Shown: positions 1 through 16,361 of the stretch, one piece after another
How positions within the stretch are numbered: position 1 is the stretch's first letter
How the letters are laid out: each line of letters begins with the position of its first letter
Origin: Hormiphora californensis
Taxonomy: Eukaryota > Animalia > Ctenophora
NCBI GenBank assembly: GCA_020137815.1
Contig: CM035350.1
Span: forward strand, 7,874,001 to 7,938,000
Length of the DNA stretch: 64,000 bases
Direction: 5' to 3'
Program-made: the position numbers and the translations under genes
Notes under the pieces: generated by a model
Databases searched by the model: none
Seen by the model: only the letters and a program-made list of their open reading frames with translations
What the model was told of the DNA's origin: nothing

Positions 1-131
1 CATTCCCGCCCAGCCACCTTGAGTACTTCAACTATTGTGAGACCAAAACCACTAATTATCCAAACCATATAATTGTAACTAACCCTAACCACACACCACA
101 GCTCCCAATTATCCACCCAGTTACCACTTAC

Positions 132-771
132 CGCTGCTTTGTAGTCGACACTCCGGGGATCCTTATCAATCTCATTAATTAGTGAGTTAATTGCCTTCTC
201 ATTACCAGATAATCGGTACAGGCCGGTACAGGTGATACCCCGCTCCTCGACCTCCCGGATACATCCCGCAACCACAGCAGGTACTCCCTTAAACTGTGAA
301 CACTTGATGCATTTCTCAATGGAGGACCCAAATGAGGGGAAATCTGCAGGGAGGAGGATCGGGGGTTAGTTGGGGGATTATAGATCTGGGGTTAGTTGGG
401 GGGGGGGGTTAGTTAGGGGAATAGATCTGGGGTTAGTTGGGGGATTATAGATCTGGGGTTAGTTAGGGGATTAGGGGAATAGATCCGGGGTTAGTGGAAA
501 CAGGAAACAGATAACAGGTCAGATAACATAACAGATAACAGATAACAGATAACAGAACACCCCTATTCCACCAATTCCCACCAAATCCCACCGTACCATA
601 TCGCTTGTTCAGGTTGGGCTGTTTACGGCAGAATGAGAGATACCGAGGGTAAAAGTTCTTATTAGAGTTGCAATGCACCAACTGGCTGTATGCATCACTC
701 AAGAATATCAGGTCCTTTTGTTTCATAATTGCTTTTAATAGGGATAGGGTAATAGTAAACACGTCGTGGAG
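132..771 (-). CDS. RhoGAP-domain protein, internal exons (597-771, 132-343); gene continues off-window
   Basis: Phase-compatible GT-AG exons translate to ...DFPSFGSSIEKCIKCSQFKGVPAVVAGCIREVEERGITCTGLYRLSGNEKAINSL..., the N-terminal RhoGAP motif with the arginine finger (GLYRLSG). Confidence 0.7.
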
Positions 772-1000
772 CTAGCAAAATGAAAAAAAGAAATTTAAAA
801 TATACTTTAGTAGTCTGACACGAGGATCTATTATAGATAAAGATTGAAGAGTCCTTTTGTAAAGGACAACAAGCAAGACAACAACAATTTACAAGCTACC
901 AATTTACATGCGGTTTTTTTTAACTTCAGTCAGCTGCTCACGCACATCGGAAGCAAGCTGTGAAGTCGGCACTTAGCAAGAAGTCGTGCCCACCTAGTGT

Positions 1001-1133
<133 letters not shown>

Positions 1134-2378
1134 GAGTGTGTGAAAGAGAGAGATAGAATTGGAGTGACTCGGCGTGTTGTGTTTGAGAAAAAGAAAGAAA
1201 GCAAAAGACAGCAAGTCTGCAGCATTTCCAAAAACTTGTAAGGGTGTGAACACACGCCCAAGTTGCAACATAGACCACACCAATACCAAATTAACCAATA
1301 TATAGGCAACACACACATAGCAATACAACTCTGTGACTCATATTGTAACTGGGCATTACAATATATGACACCATGTCTGGGATATATGACGCACGGTAAA
1401 ATATACAAAATCATACAGATATAGCTCCTACCAGTAATATATCAGAGCAATTCAACAGAGACGCGGCGTACTTTATATTATGATTAATCACGCAATATTA
1501 TGTGATCACTTTGCTAGCAAGCTACGTACTAAGACATAAACACGGAAAGCAGATGTACTCTCTGATTGAGAATATAATGTGAATTGATTATACAGTGAAC
1601 TCTGCTGTAGGAATATAATTCGACGCTGCATGAAGGGCAATTGTGTGTGATAGACTGTGTGAAGTGGACGTTCAGTGAGTTTTTTTTCTGCACTTTTTGT
1701 ATGCACACTCTCTCTATTTCTCTCTCTATTTCTCTCTATCTTTATCCCTCCTTCCATCTTTCTCTCTGCCTGCCTTCCTGTCTCCTCTAAGGGCCGGGAC
1801 GTCTAGACGTGCGGCGGCGGCATAGAATATGGGGACAGGTAGGGGGCTACTAGAATGTACTAGAAAACACTCGGCGGCACATACAGGATGTATAAATTCA
1901 CGTGTCCATGCAAGACCGGGGGATTACAATTTAGCACACTCGACATATGCATGGACAGTGGAAAATTTCATAAAGGAGCAGGAGAAAGATTCATAAAGGA
2001 GCAGAATTAGGGAATGAAGGGAATAGGAGCCCTAAGGACAATAACATAATGTGAGAAACTAGACAAGGTTTAGATATGGGTTGGAGGCGTTTAAAATTCG
2101 TTCTATTTTTTGTCCTAAACTAAGATTATCATTGACAAGTTGCGAGCTCGTGATCCCGCTAGTAAATGTTGAGAGAGAGGGGGGACCAGAGGGAGTCACT
2201 ATATAACAAGTTTTATAAAGGGGGTGGGGCAGCATTTAAATATAGAGTATGCTACAGTTGTATAACAGTAACGTACTAATACTACTGCGATGGGGGCACA
2301 ATGTTATGCAATCGTGACAAAGGAACGGGGCACAAGAATATAAGAGCATTCAAACACCGCCCCTTTTAAAATACATTT

Positions 2379-3736
2379 GGGGGGGGGGGCCCGCGTATTA
2401 AAATGTCCTTTAATGTCCCTCGATTTTTGGGACATTAAATTGTCCGTTATTATTTAGGACATTAAAAGACATTAAAGGACATTATAAGACATTAAAAGAC
2501 ATTAAATTATAACTTCCAAAAACCATTCCAAAATGTGTTACCAAACATGTTTACCACCAATGTACTACTAAAGGTCCCATCTTTCGATTCCAATGAATGT
2601 CATAAATGTTCACTGGTGATTAGGCTTGCTTTTGCGTGGGGCGTGGGTGTGGTACCTGTTTTACATACATGCATATTTCTAGCCTAGACGATATCTCAAA
2701 ATCATCTTATGAAACGAGTAGAAAAGACACCGAAGGCTTTAGAGTGAGAGAGAACAGCCCCGATTTTGATGAAACTTGGTCAGAATAGTGTTTGGTGTCA
2801 AAAAAAATTTAGTGCTCAACTCCTAAATTTACGATTTTTAGGTTTTTTAGGTTTTTTTGGTTTTTATGGGTTTCAGGAACGTCCTAGAACAAAATGAATA
2901 GAACCATTTTTCTCAGCGTGAAATTCTGTATCGATTTTAGTGGCTATAAACCTTTCTATGACGTAGAGTTATCCCAAACGGGTACATGTTATAGGGGCGG
3001 GTACATGTTTTAGGCTAACGGGCGAACCTCTTGTCAGAACACCATGTTATAGGTACTCAATCGACGTGTATTGGTGAGGAAATCATTTTAGTGAAAACCA
3101 TTTTGATCTGCGATGTCTGTGTAACGAATAAAACCTAAAAAACCTTACCACATGAAGCATACCCGTTTGGGTTTTTGGGATAACTACGTCATAGAAAGGT
3201 TTATAGCCACTATGATCGATGCAGAATTTCACGCCGAGAAAGATGATTCTATTTATTTTGTTCTAGGACGTTCCTGAAACCCATAAAAGCCAAAAAACCT
3301 AAATAACCTAAAAAAAAACCTAAATTAAGGATTTGAGCACTCAAAAAATTTTTGACTTCTAATTAGACATCAAAGACCATTCTGACTGAGTTTTATCAAA
3401 ATCGGGGCTATTTTCACTTTAAAACCTTGACATTTAGTCCAAAACTTCAAAATTTCCGGGGTTCGCTTAGAGGTACAGGGCCACCCTAAAATGAGGCTTA
3501 ATCACCCCCAACATCTATGGTATTGGTTGGAATCGATAGAGGGGACATTAGAAGTAAATATTAAGTGGTTGAAAACACCATTTTAATTTAATAATAGCTG
3601 AAAATTCATGTTTTAATTAAATGTCCTTTAATGTCTTTTAATGTCTTTTAATGTCCTTTAATGTCCCAGGGACATTAAAGTCAGACGTGTTCATTTAGGA
3701 CATGGATATTAAATTCACGCGGGCCCCCCCCCCCCC
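2379..3736. mobile_element. Non-autonomous TIR element with poly-G/poly-C termini, 8-bp TSD
   Basis: G-run+CCCGCGT at the left end and ACGCGGG+C-run at the right end. ATACATTT is duplicated at 2371-2378 and 3737-3744. Subterminal GACATTAAA repeats, plus an internal inverted repeat (~2755-2990 vs ~3160-3410). Confidence 0.85.
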
Positions 3737-4071
3737 ATACATTTATTTAATATAATATCTTCTTGTATTGATGATTCAGATGGGGAAGAATCAACACAGG
3801 AAGAGGTAGACAAAGGAGACACGAACAACAGATGTTCCACAACAACTACCAGCTCTCAATATCAGAGACCCATGATACAGAGCCACTCACAAATTATCCA
3901 CAGCACCATCTAGTGAGTAAGAGATGCGGAAATGAAAGCTCTAGATGGCATCTCAGCTCTGTGTGCCTCCTTAGTACAGCCCAATATAAAGCAAGCGACA
4001 CATGCACTCATTGAGCTACTATTATAACAACCGTATATAATGGTGGACTCCAGTTAGAGGTCTTACCGCAA

Positions 4072-4179
<108 letters not shown>

Positions 4180-4201
4180 TAGAGAGAGAGAGAGGGGAGA
4201 G

Positions 4202-4264
<63 letters not shown>

Positions 4265-4763
4265 AGACAAATAGAATGCTAAGGAGTGGCAAATTAAGGA
4301 CAGCTAAAAATGAATCTTCTACAGCTAGAGGGACAGATTTACTTTTTTTTCTAGAACTCTCTGATGAACATCTGGCTGAACTTCTAGAAGTAGAATGAGG
4401 AAGTTGCACACTGCCATTAAAACAACTTGTGTAGACATAATAATACCCAGCCGAAGGATATCTAAATTGAGCTTGCTCAATGTGTGTTTTTACTCATAAT
4501 AGGCTGAACTGTTTTAGGCTACAAGTAGTGAAAGTATTAGTGATCAGACCAGGAAGCTACCTCAAGAGAGACTCTCCGAACACAGAGAACTCAGTACTGC
4601 GTGGAGAAAGTAATAAAAAGTGCCGCCCACGGGTAAAGAGAAAAATAAAATTGGAGTTCTTTCTGCTGCAGTAGCTGCAAGGCATACTGTGGCTTCTTGC
4701 ACTCGCGTGCGGATACGCAACTAGACCTTTCTTTCTCGCCTTTTTTTCTATCTCCCTTCCTAT

Positions 4764-4837
<74 letters not shown>

Positions 4838-5754
4838 CCTATCCCTCTTGGTGTTTGGTTGGTTTGTGTGGAGTCAGGCTGGGCGTGTTCCTAGACCAGA
4901 ATAGAAACGTGATTTCACATTGCCCCCTGATCTGTGTTTTACTATCTCCGTCGACATTCGCTACTCTCCATGAAATGGATGCTTCCCATCCTCTTCTTCT
5001 TCTTTCCATCTTCACCACAAGTTAAAAAACGTGACATAGGCCGCACGCGTGCATGGTGACATAGGATATCATTCTGAGCTGACTATTCTTCCTGGCCACT
5101 CACACCATATAGGACGTGTACAGCAGCTCACAAGGAACACTACATCTAGCTACACTGTATCAGCAGCTCCCCCTCATGTGGGGGAGGGGGCGTGGGAAGT
5201 GTTTTATTAATTCACTTTCTGTCAACTTTCACTAGACATGATCCCGTGTGTGCTTTTGACGTGTGAAAAAAGATAATACTGACACTGGGTAAATATAAAC
5301 GCGATAAGAGTCTGAGTAATCAAATTGCAGTTGGGAAGTGACAGAGAGAGAGAGAGAGAGAGACTTTAGACGAACCAAATTTTGACTGATATCCTTTTTT
5401 TTACCGCAAAAGTACTCCCGGGGAGACTAAACTTGGGAGAATCGGGGGAAAGGAGAGACAGAAGAGAAACTCCGGCGATACAATTTGATTCGTTTTTAAA
5501 AGAAAAAAACCCCGAGAAAATTGGCAGAAAATTGGGGTATTTAAGCAAAACAAGGTTGATCATGCACTTTTTAAAAAAAAAAAAAGGTTTAAAATTTCAG
5601 AACGTTGGGGATATACCCACCTAGATGGGGAAATAAAAATAAAAGATAGGGTATAATGGGAAAAGGGGGAAAAGGGCGCGGGGCCCTCATATGGATTTTT
5701 TGGGGAAATGGGAATACACGTGACGTGCCAACAGGCCAGTTTTCCTTTTACTTT

Positions 5755-5789
<35 letters not shown>

Positions 5790-6011
5790 CCCCCCCTCCT
5801 CTTTCCCTTCTCTCTCTCCTCTCCCCTCCCCCTTCCCTTCCTTCTCCCTCCTCTTTTCTCTCCTTTTCCCCCTCCTTCTTGATGTCTCCCTCTTTCCCTT
5901 CTCCTAAAAAAAAAATTCTTTTCTTCCCCAAATAAAATCTTTAAAATTTTCTCCCCGACCTGACCGGTGGTTTTTGAAAAAACAAAAAAAAAAGGGGGGC
6001 AAGTGGGGGGG

Positions 6012-6111
6012 NNNNNNNNNNNNNNNNNNNNNNNNNNNNNNNNNNNNNNNNNNNNNNNNNNNNNNNNNNNNNNNNNNNNNNNNNNNNNNNNNNNNNNNNN
6101 NNNNNNNNNNN
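6012..6111. other. Assembly gap (others at 23172-23271 and 33551-33650)
   Basis: 100-N runs. Confidence 0.99.
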
Positions 6112-6183
6112 GTTCTAGCCTAGCAACCACAATATAATTTAAGTTAGGAACTAGCCTAGCAACCATCTAGTACCGCCCCTCAC

Positions 6184-9646
<3,463 letters not shown>

Positions 9647-9898
9647 CTCACCGCCCCTAGATTACCAGGCCATACAGGGTTGAGTTCCAATCAGGGGGTC
9701 ATATCTGACATTCCGGGGGGCTAAGGAGGGGTGCATGTTAGATTGGGGCAGAGTTGGGATGAGCGAGGGTGAGGGATAGTAAGACACATTAATTTGGTTG
9801 AAAGAAGAATTTCAGATTAAATAATGTCATGATTAAATTTATTTACAAATCTTAAGAACTAAATACAAAAATATAAAAAAGGTTTAAATTATAAAATA

Positions 9899-11167
9899 CT
9901 GTGTGATTTTAAATGACTGAGACTGGTATATTGCAAATTGCGTGAAAACTATGGCATCTTTCGACTTCAAATTTTGGGACATGATAAAACTAGGTTGTAG
10001 CAATTTTCTCCTAGTTTTACAGCAAATTTCAATGTTCCTGAATGAATATATTGCCCAAAAACCTCCTCCAACTTTACACAGCCATATCTCTGGAGTCTAA
10101 TGAGATAGAGTGTTCAAATTTTTAGGAGAGACAGATAAGACGATTTCGAATGTTTTGTCTGCTTTACGAGTTGCTACATTTTACCATTTGTTCACAGGAA
10201 CTGTTTAAAGTGATGTAACACGCTCTAATTAGGCTATATTTAGGTCATTTTACCCCTCAAAGATCACATGTCCAGCTGCATCTAGTGGGCTAATGAGGCC
10301 TTGAACACGCATACGTCACGTGTTACTGCAGTAGGCCAGTAGGGCTACAGCTCTCCTTTTCCATCTTGAACCAGCAGTCATGATCATGGTGTCTGGAAGT
10401 GGTAACAAGCTGTAGAAAAAACCAGACAGACTAGATGCTCTCTACTTCAACTTATCACTCTCTCTCTTTCTCGTTATAAGGTCACGTGACTGGAATTGGG
10501 ATCTCGACATGATCACAATGTCTACAAAGCGTTCTCTCTCTCACACACACTCTCTCTCTCTCTCTCTCATGTCGAGATCCCAATTCCAGTCACGTGACCT
10601 TATAACGAGAAAGGGAGAGAGTGATACGTTGAAGTAGAGAGCATCTAGTCTGTCTGGTTTTCTACAGCTTGTTACCACTTCCAGACACCATGATCATGTC
10701 TGCTGGTTCAAGATGGAAAAGGAGAGCTGTAGCCCTACAGTAACACGTGACGTATGCGTGTTCAAGGCCTCATTATCACACTAGATGCAGCTGGACATGT
10801 GATCTTTGAGGGGTAAAATGACCTAAATTTGGCCTAATTAGAGCGTGTTACATCACTTTAAACAGTTCCTGTGAACAAATGGTAAAATGTAGCAACTTGT
10901 AAAGCAGACAAAACATTCGAAATCGTCTTATCTGTCTCTCCTAAAAATTTGAACACTCTATCTCATTAGACTCCAGAGATATGGCTGTGTAAAGTTGGAG
11001 GAGGTTTTTGGGCAATAGATTCATTCAGGAACATTGAAATTTGCTGTAAAACTAGGAGAAAATTGCTACAACCTAGTTTTATCATGTCCCAAAATTTGAA
11101 GTCGAAAGATGCCATAGTTTTCACGCAATTTGCAATATACCAGTCTCAGTCATTTAAAATCACACAG
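9899..11167. mobile_element. Foldback/MITE, ~1.27-kb near-perfect palindrome with TA TSD (Tc1/mariner-like)
   Basis: Arms 9899-~10512 and ~10567-11167 are reverse complements (CTGTGTGATTTTAAATGAC...GTCATTTAAAATCACACAG), with TA on both sides. Confidence 0.9.
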
Positions 11168-11292
11168 TAGATTTTTGTCCATTTCTCACATTTCTCTTTC
11201 AATCTTACAACCAACAGGAAAATGCTTTGTTTGTCAGGGAAAAAACGAATATAGAGGGAGAGAGAGGGAGAGAGAGAAAGAGAGAGAGAGAT

Positions 11293-11353
<61 letters not shown>

Positions 11354-11789
11354 TAGAGTGATATAGCTGATCGTAAAATTAACAGACCAACAGGTGCTAT
11401 CAATAGGACGACCTACAACTAGAACTCCTTTGTTTTTCTTCTCTCTTTCTCCCTTTCTCTCTTTCTCTATGGTCTACAGGTGCAGATATAATATTTGTAG
11501 TGGTTCATCACCTCACAAATTTCTCCAACATCCAAATGTACACAATATGTGTGTGGTCACACAGTAAAACTGCATAGTTTCTCTCTTGGCAGAAACATCT
11601 GTGATTTGGAGACTGATTTCTCTCTTTTTTTCTCTCCCTCTCTCACTTTCACTCTCTCGCTTTCTCTCTCTCTCTCGCTTTCTCAAAAAGGAGTTATTGA
11701 GTTGGCACAGTTCTTTTTCTCACACAACAACACACAGTTCCAAAAGTTGCATGTTTCCAGAACGTCACGCTAACCTAGTTACCATATTT

Positions 11790-12220
11790 AGCTGAATTCG
11801 TTGCCACGGTAACCATCACCCAATAGGGAGCTAAATTCGTTGCCATGGTTACCATCACCCAATAGGGAGCTTAATTGGTTGCCATGGTTACCATCACCCA
11901 ATAGGGGGCTAAATTGGTTGCCATGGTAACCATCACCCGATAGGGAGCTAAATTGGTTGCCATGGTTACCATCACCCAATAGGGAGCTAAATTGGTTGCC
12001 ATGGTTACCATCACCCGATAGGGAGCTAAATTGGTTGCCATGGTTACCATCACCCGATAGGGAGCTAAATTGGTTGCCATGGTAACCATCACCCGATAGG
12101 GAGCTAAATTGGTTGCCATGGTAACCATCACCCGATAGGGAGCTAAATTGGTTGCCATGGTAACCATCACCCGATAGGGAGCTAAATTGGTTGCCATGGT
12201 TACCATCACCCAATAGGGAG
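11790..12220. repeat. 39-bp minisatellite, 11 units, each with an X-box-like GTTGCCAYGGTWAC
   Basis: Unit CTAAATTGGTTGCCATGGT(T/A)ACCATCACCC(A/G)ATAGGGAG; it overlaps the NAA80 stop codon. Confidence 0.95.
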
Positions 12221-13345
12221 CTGCAGAGACATCCAGGTGACACCTGGAGTATGGGTGGCAACTGTTGCAAACAGATTCTGCTTTCCTCGCAACATCGCGT
12301 TGGCTTTTGATAGCACGCTCACAGATTTAGAGTTTCTGAATCCTAACTTGTGATAGAACCCCTCTTTATCCTTAGTTGACAGGTATAGCTGTGTCATAGA
12401 GTAGGATGTAGCTAGGGCTATACAGTGGTCCATCAGCCGCCGACCCAGTCCTGGGGGAGAACTAGGGTTAACATGCTGTGGAGAGGTAAACATGCTATCA
12501 ACAGTTTTCTGTGAAACGTTGTGGGGATTATTTGAAAGGAGAAATAATGTTTAATATATCACGACTTTTATTTTGTTTCAGTAAAGCATGTGGCCATTCT
12601 CCATGTTGTAATATGAGTTTGGTGGGGACCATTGAAAGTGATACATGAGTATTGTCTTACTTGGTGTCCGGACTGTTGACCGACTGGACGCTTGACCGAC
12701 CAAGTTTTAGGGCTACGTTTTAGGTTAATGGTTAGGGTTAGGGTTAGGGTAGGGTTAGGGTTAGGGTTAGGGTTAGGGTGAGGGTTAGGGGTGTGGTTAG
12801 GGGTTAGGGGTTCGAGATAATGGGGTTGATTTCATACGGTCAAGCGTCCAGTCGGTCAAGCGTCCGGGAGCCGTCTTACTTAGCAAGGTGTGGTGAGTGT
12901 AAAGTGTACAATGTGTAAACACCACAGTGATGATATACCTTTGCCTCGAAGAGACGGGGATACAATAACAGATTCAACTATACACCACGTATCGCTCTCT
13001 AGACACTCGCTAAGTCGGTAGTGACCAACTACACTCCCTTCCTGTAACTGGAATTATTTGGGGGTTACTGGGATTGTTTGGGTTATCCAGTCTGGGGGGG
13101 AGGAGGGCCAGGGGGTAGTACACGTATCTGATGTGATTTCTGTCGCCAGGATACGATGCGTGTGTGTGTGTGTTGTGTACACATAGAAAATATAGGATTT
13201 CAGGGAAAAGACCGGTGCGGAAGAACAACGTGTTTTAGACCCACGCCTTTTTCTATCGAGTTTATCATGGCCTTGTGTATGTTTGTGGGCTGCACACGTG
13301 TGTAAACACGGAACCTCCGTACAGAGAGAGAGAGGGAGAGGGAGG

Positions 13346-13390
<45 letters not shown>

Positions 13391-13471
13391 GAGAAGAGAG
13401 AGAGAGAAGAGAGAAGACGCATCGAGAGGCGACAGAGATCAGAGAGAGAGATGGAAGAGAGAGACGAGGAG

Positions 13472-13525
<54 letters not shown>

Positions 13526-13746
13526 CAAGTTACCAATGTTAGTATAACCAGGTAACCTGAAATAGTATATTTTACGACCAACATATTACATACCATGACA
13601 ATAGAACAAGGTAGGTTAGTTGTGGATGGTATCTTGGAGAGGGTGCGGGCCCTAGAGCCCCGGGACCGCGGCCAGGAGGTGTCTAACAGGTCACATGTGT
13701 CGTCAAACAATTCCTCCTTTTCGTGAAGACACACAAAGTGCAACAT
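12206..13746 (-). CDS. NAA80: GNAT N-acetyltransferase NAA80/NAT6-like, 3 exons (13594-13746, 12939-13047, 12206-12450)
   Basis: CDLLDTSWPRSRGSR, VVGHYRL, VESVIVSPSLRGKGLGRRLM (acetyl-CoA motif A split by an intron), LYLSTKDKEGFYHKLGF, C-terminal TWMS; splice phases match. Confidence 0.8.
12663..12872. mobile_element. 210-bp MITE with 9-bp TSD (Mutator-like) carrying (TTAGGG)n, in an NAA80 intron
   Basis: GTCTTACTT at 12654-12662 and 12873-12881; imperfect TIRs built from GGACGCTTGACCGA; internal TTAGGG run. Confidence 0.8.
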
Positions 13747-14567
13747 ACATCAGCCTGTCCTATTGTAGAGAGGGGGAGATTGAGATGGATATAATATGTA
13801 GCATAGAGAGGAAGGTGGCAAAAGGGCGGTAAGGTGAGAGAATAGTGGACAGTCAGTACCAGGGGATGCTACAGTTAAATTAAGACACAGAGTGTTTTTT
13901 AAAACAACAAAACCAGCTTATAAGTTTAACACAACTTGTAATACAACCACCATAGAGATATAATTACACAATGTTACACTTGAGTGGAACATTGCTGTGA
14001 CGCCGCTCTCGGCCGGCAGTCACACTTTTTGTTTGTTATGTTCTAACCCTCCGATTACAGAGAGAGAGAGAGGGTGGAACAAACTTTTCTAATTTATAAA
14101 GATCTACAAAACACAATATCACAAAAATCTTTACACAAAGCCAGATAGGGGTAGTCCTAAAGCACACTACATTTGCTATTAACCAGCTAATTTTTATTCC
14201 ACCAGGGAAAATAAGAGGAAGAAAAAGGGTGGGCAAACATTGGAAAAAAAACACACTCAACTCAGAAGTATTTTCAAAATGAACACAACGAAACGCACCG
14301 ATGCACAAAATAAGAAGAAGGAAAATGGTGGACTCGACACACTGTTTCCGGTTTCTCTGTTTCTCCAACACTTTTAATTGTTACCACTTAAATTTGTACA
14401 TCACGTGATACCCCGTGCAGTAGTTACTAAATGGGCAATAATTTAACGTTCCTATCAAAGTAAGCATCCATAATGGGACCTATTGAAAAAAGGGGGGCAA
14501 ATTAAAAAGGGTCAACGAAAATGATGGGGAAGTCCTCCTCCCCCTTATAGACAGTCCAGAGAAAACG

Positions 14568-16361
14568 TTAAAGTTTGCTCTTTATGGCTCCCGTGGGGCC
14601 TACAACCCCAATGAGATTACCATTACCGAAAATGTTCTGTGGGTCTAGGCCCTGTTTGACAGCCATTAGGGCCTGTTTTCCCACTGATGATATGGTGCCC
14701 TCCAGGAACTGTGCCCGGACCTTCCCAATACCGTGATGGTGTGAGACACTACCCCCGTTAGCGAGTACTTCCTCTCGGGCTGCCTGCTCCAGATTACTGT
14801 ACACAGCCATCGGATCAGCCAGACCTACACTTGAAAACCCAAAGTAGAAGTAGCAGCATGCGCCAGTGTCATAGCATTGTGTTACTCTGGCAGCGCTGTA
14901 CGGGGTGTGACAAACTCCCTGTTCCAAACAACTGTCAACAATGCGTTGCTTTACATTCTTTATCAGGTCACTCACCCTGTCCCAGGGGACGGAGGTTTCA
15001 AAACTCTCCGCTACAAAATGATAGTCCATGCCCAGATCACGAAGGTAGGCAATGGAAAATGTGAGGAGGTATCCTTGTTTTCCGTTCTCTTCCCCCGCTG
15101 GAATTCCCCCAAACCCTGCTGCAATATCGTATATCTGCTTCTGCTCCCACTGCACCCGATCCTTAGCTCCCTCGAACACCACCGTACACAAGGAGATCTT
15201 CTCTTGCTTGAACCCACGTAACCGAGTTATGTAAACTTGCTTTACATAATCTGTCATTTTCTCAAATATGCTCTTCTCTCCCTTGAGTGCAAGACCGAAT
15301 TGCAGCTGCTCGTTGTCCATTAGTCGAATGGATGCCGGGTAAATCTTTTTCCTCGATACCTCGTGCAGGAAGTTAATACCTTTGTCAAACTCAGGGAAGA
15401 TAAGAGATCCATACTCGGTACACTCGGGAAGAGGCTTGATTTTTAGTGTAACCTCCGTGATGACTCCTAACGTGCCCTCTGATCCCAGGATCATTTGATG
15501 GACATCAGGACCACAACTAATTCTGGGGACTTGGCAGCTCTTTTCGATTGTTCCCTTGGCAGTAACCATCTTTACTCTCACCACCATATCCTCAATATTC
15601 CCATAGATGTTCTTCTTCATGCCGCTCGCCCTAGTTGCTACCCAGCCGCCCAGTGAACTGAACTCCAGGGAGTCAGGCTGGTGCCCTGTTGTGTAGCCTT
15701 CTCTCTCCAGCTGCTTCTCCAGATCCTGCCCAATGATGCCTGCCTCTATATGTGCCATCAAGTTCTCTGGGTCTATCCAATGGATGCGATTCATTTCTGT
15801 CATGTCCATGGAGACGATGGTTCGACGCTCTTCTGTCGGACAGAGCAGGGCCCCTGAGACGGAGGTGCCGCCACCCATGGGGATGATAACAACGTTGTAT
15901 TTAGTAGCTAACTTCACCAGTTCTTCCACATCTTTGTGACAGGAGGGGAAAACTACCATATCAGGAATTCGATCAAAGTACTCGTTGTTTCGGAGCACGT
16001 ATATTTCTTCACAGAGATGACCGTGTCCGTGCATTAGACGATCTTCCGCATCCTCCGAGATGGATTTGCACCATTGGCGAGCCTCGGCAACAAATTCAGG
16101 GCAGCGGATCGGTTGGGGAATTTTAGACAAATCGAGAGGTTTGGCTGGCGATTTTTCATTGGTGTTTGCTCCCAAATGTTCTCTAAACCATTTCATCAAA
16201 TGTGGCATAGATATTCCACACATCGGATATCGGTTCCCAGAGAAGGTACAAGTGTCAGTGTCTGGTGCATGAATAAATTTGGAATCCCTGTATCCCCAAC
16301 CATTCCACTTCAGACCCTCTTGACGTTTCATTGGAAACGCCTTTTCTTCATCTGCGAGCAT
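14568..16361 (-). CDS. AGPS: Alkyldihydroxyacetonephosphate synthase (FAD-linked, peroxisomal), ~597 aa, uninterrupted CDS
   Basis: KWNGWG, GGGTSVS, GHQPDSLEFSSLGGWVATRASGMKKNIYGNIED, ESFETSVPW, SHHHGIG; C-terminal SKL. First ATG is at 16361 (the track start at 16460 is a non-ATG extension). Confidence 0.97.
   Translation of the reverse strand: MLADEEKAFPMKRQEGLKWNGWGYRDSKFIHAPDTDTCTFSGNRYPMCGISMPHLMKWFREHLGANTNEKSPAKPLDLSKIPQPIRCPEFVAEARQWCKSISEDAEDRLMHGHGHLCEEIYVLRNNEYFDRIPDMVVFPSCHKDVEELVKLATKYNVVIIPMGGGTSVSGALLCPTEERRTIVSMDMTEMNRIHWIDPENLMAHIEAGIIGQDLEKQLEREGYTTGHQPDSLEFSSLGGWVATRASGMKKNIYGNIEDMVVRVKMVTAKGTIEKSCQVPRISCGPDVHQMILGSEGTLGVITEVTLKIKPLPECTEYGSLIFPEFDKGINFLHEVSRKKIYPASIRLMDNEQLQFGLALKGEKSIFEKMTDYVKQVYITRLRGFKQEKISLCTVVFEGAKDRVQWEQKQIYDIAAGFGGIPAGEENGKQGYLLTFSIAYLRDLGMDYHFVAESFETSVPWDRVSDLIKNVKQRIVDSCLEQGVCHTPYSAARVTQCYDTGACCYFYFGFSSVGLADPMAVYSNLEQAAREEVLANGGSVSHHHGIGKVRAQFLEGTISSVGKQALMAVKQGLDPQNIFGNGNLIGVVGPTGAIKSKL

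Noticed and set aside
11788-12270. 160-aa and 112-aa repeat ORFs (GDGNHGNQ / MVTMATN)
   Set aside because: By-products of a 39-bp (3n) tandem unit; the real frame is NAA80, which stops at 12206.
12715-12810. TTAGGG run as a chromosome end or fusion site
   Set aside because: It is short and enclosed within a MITE with TSDs.
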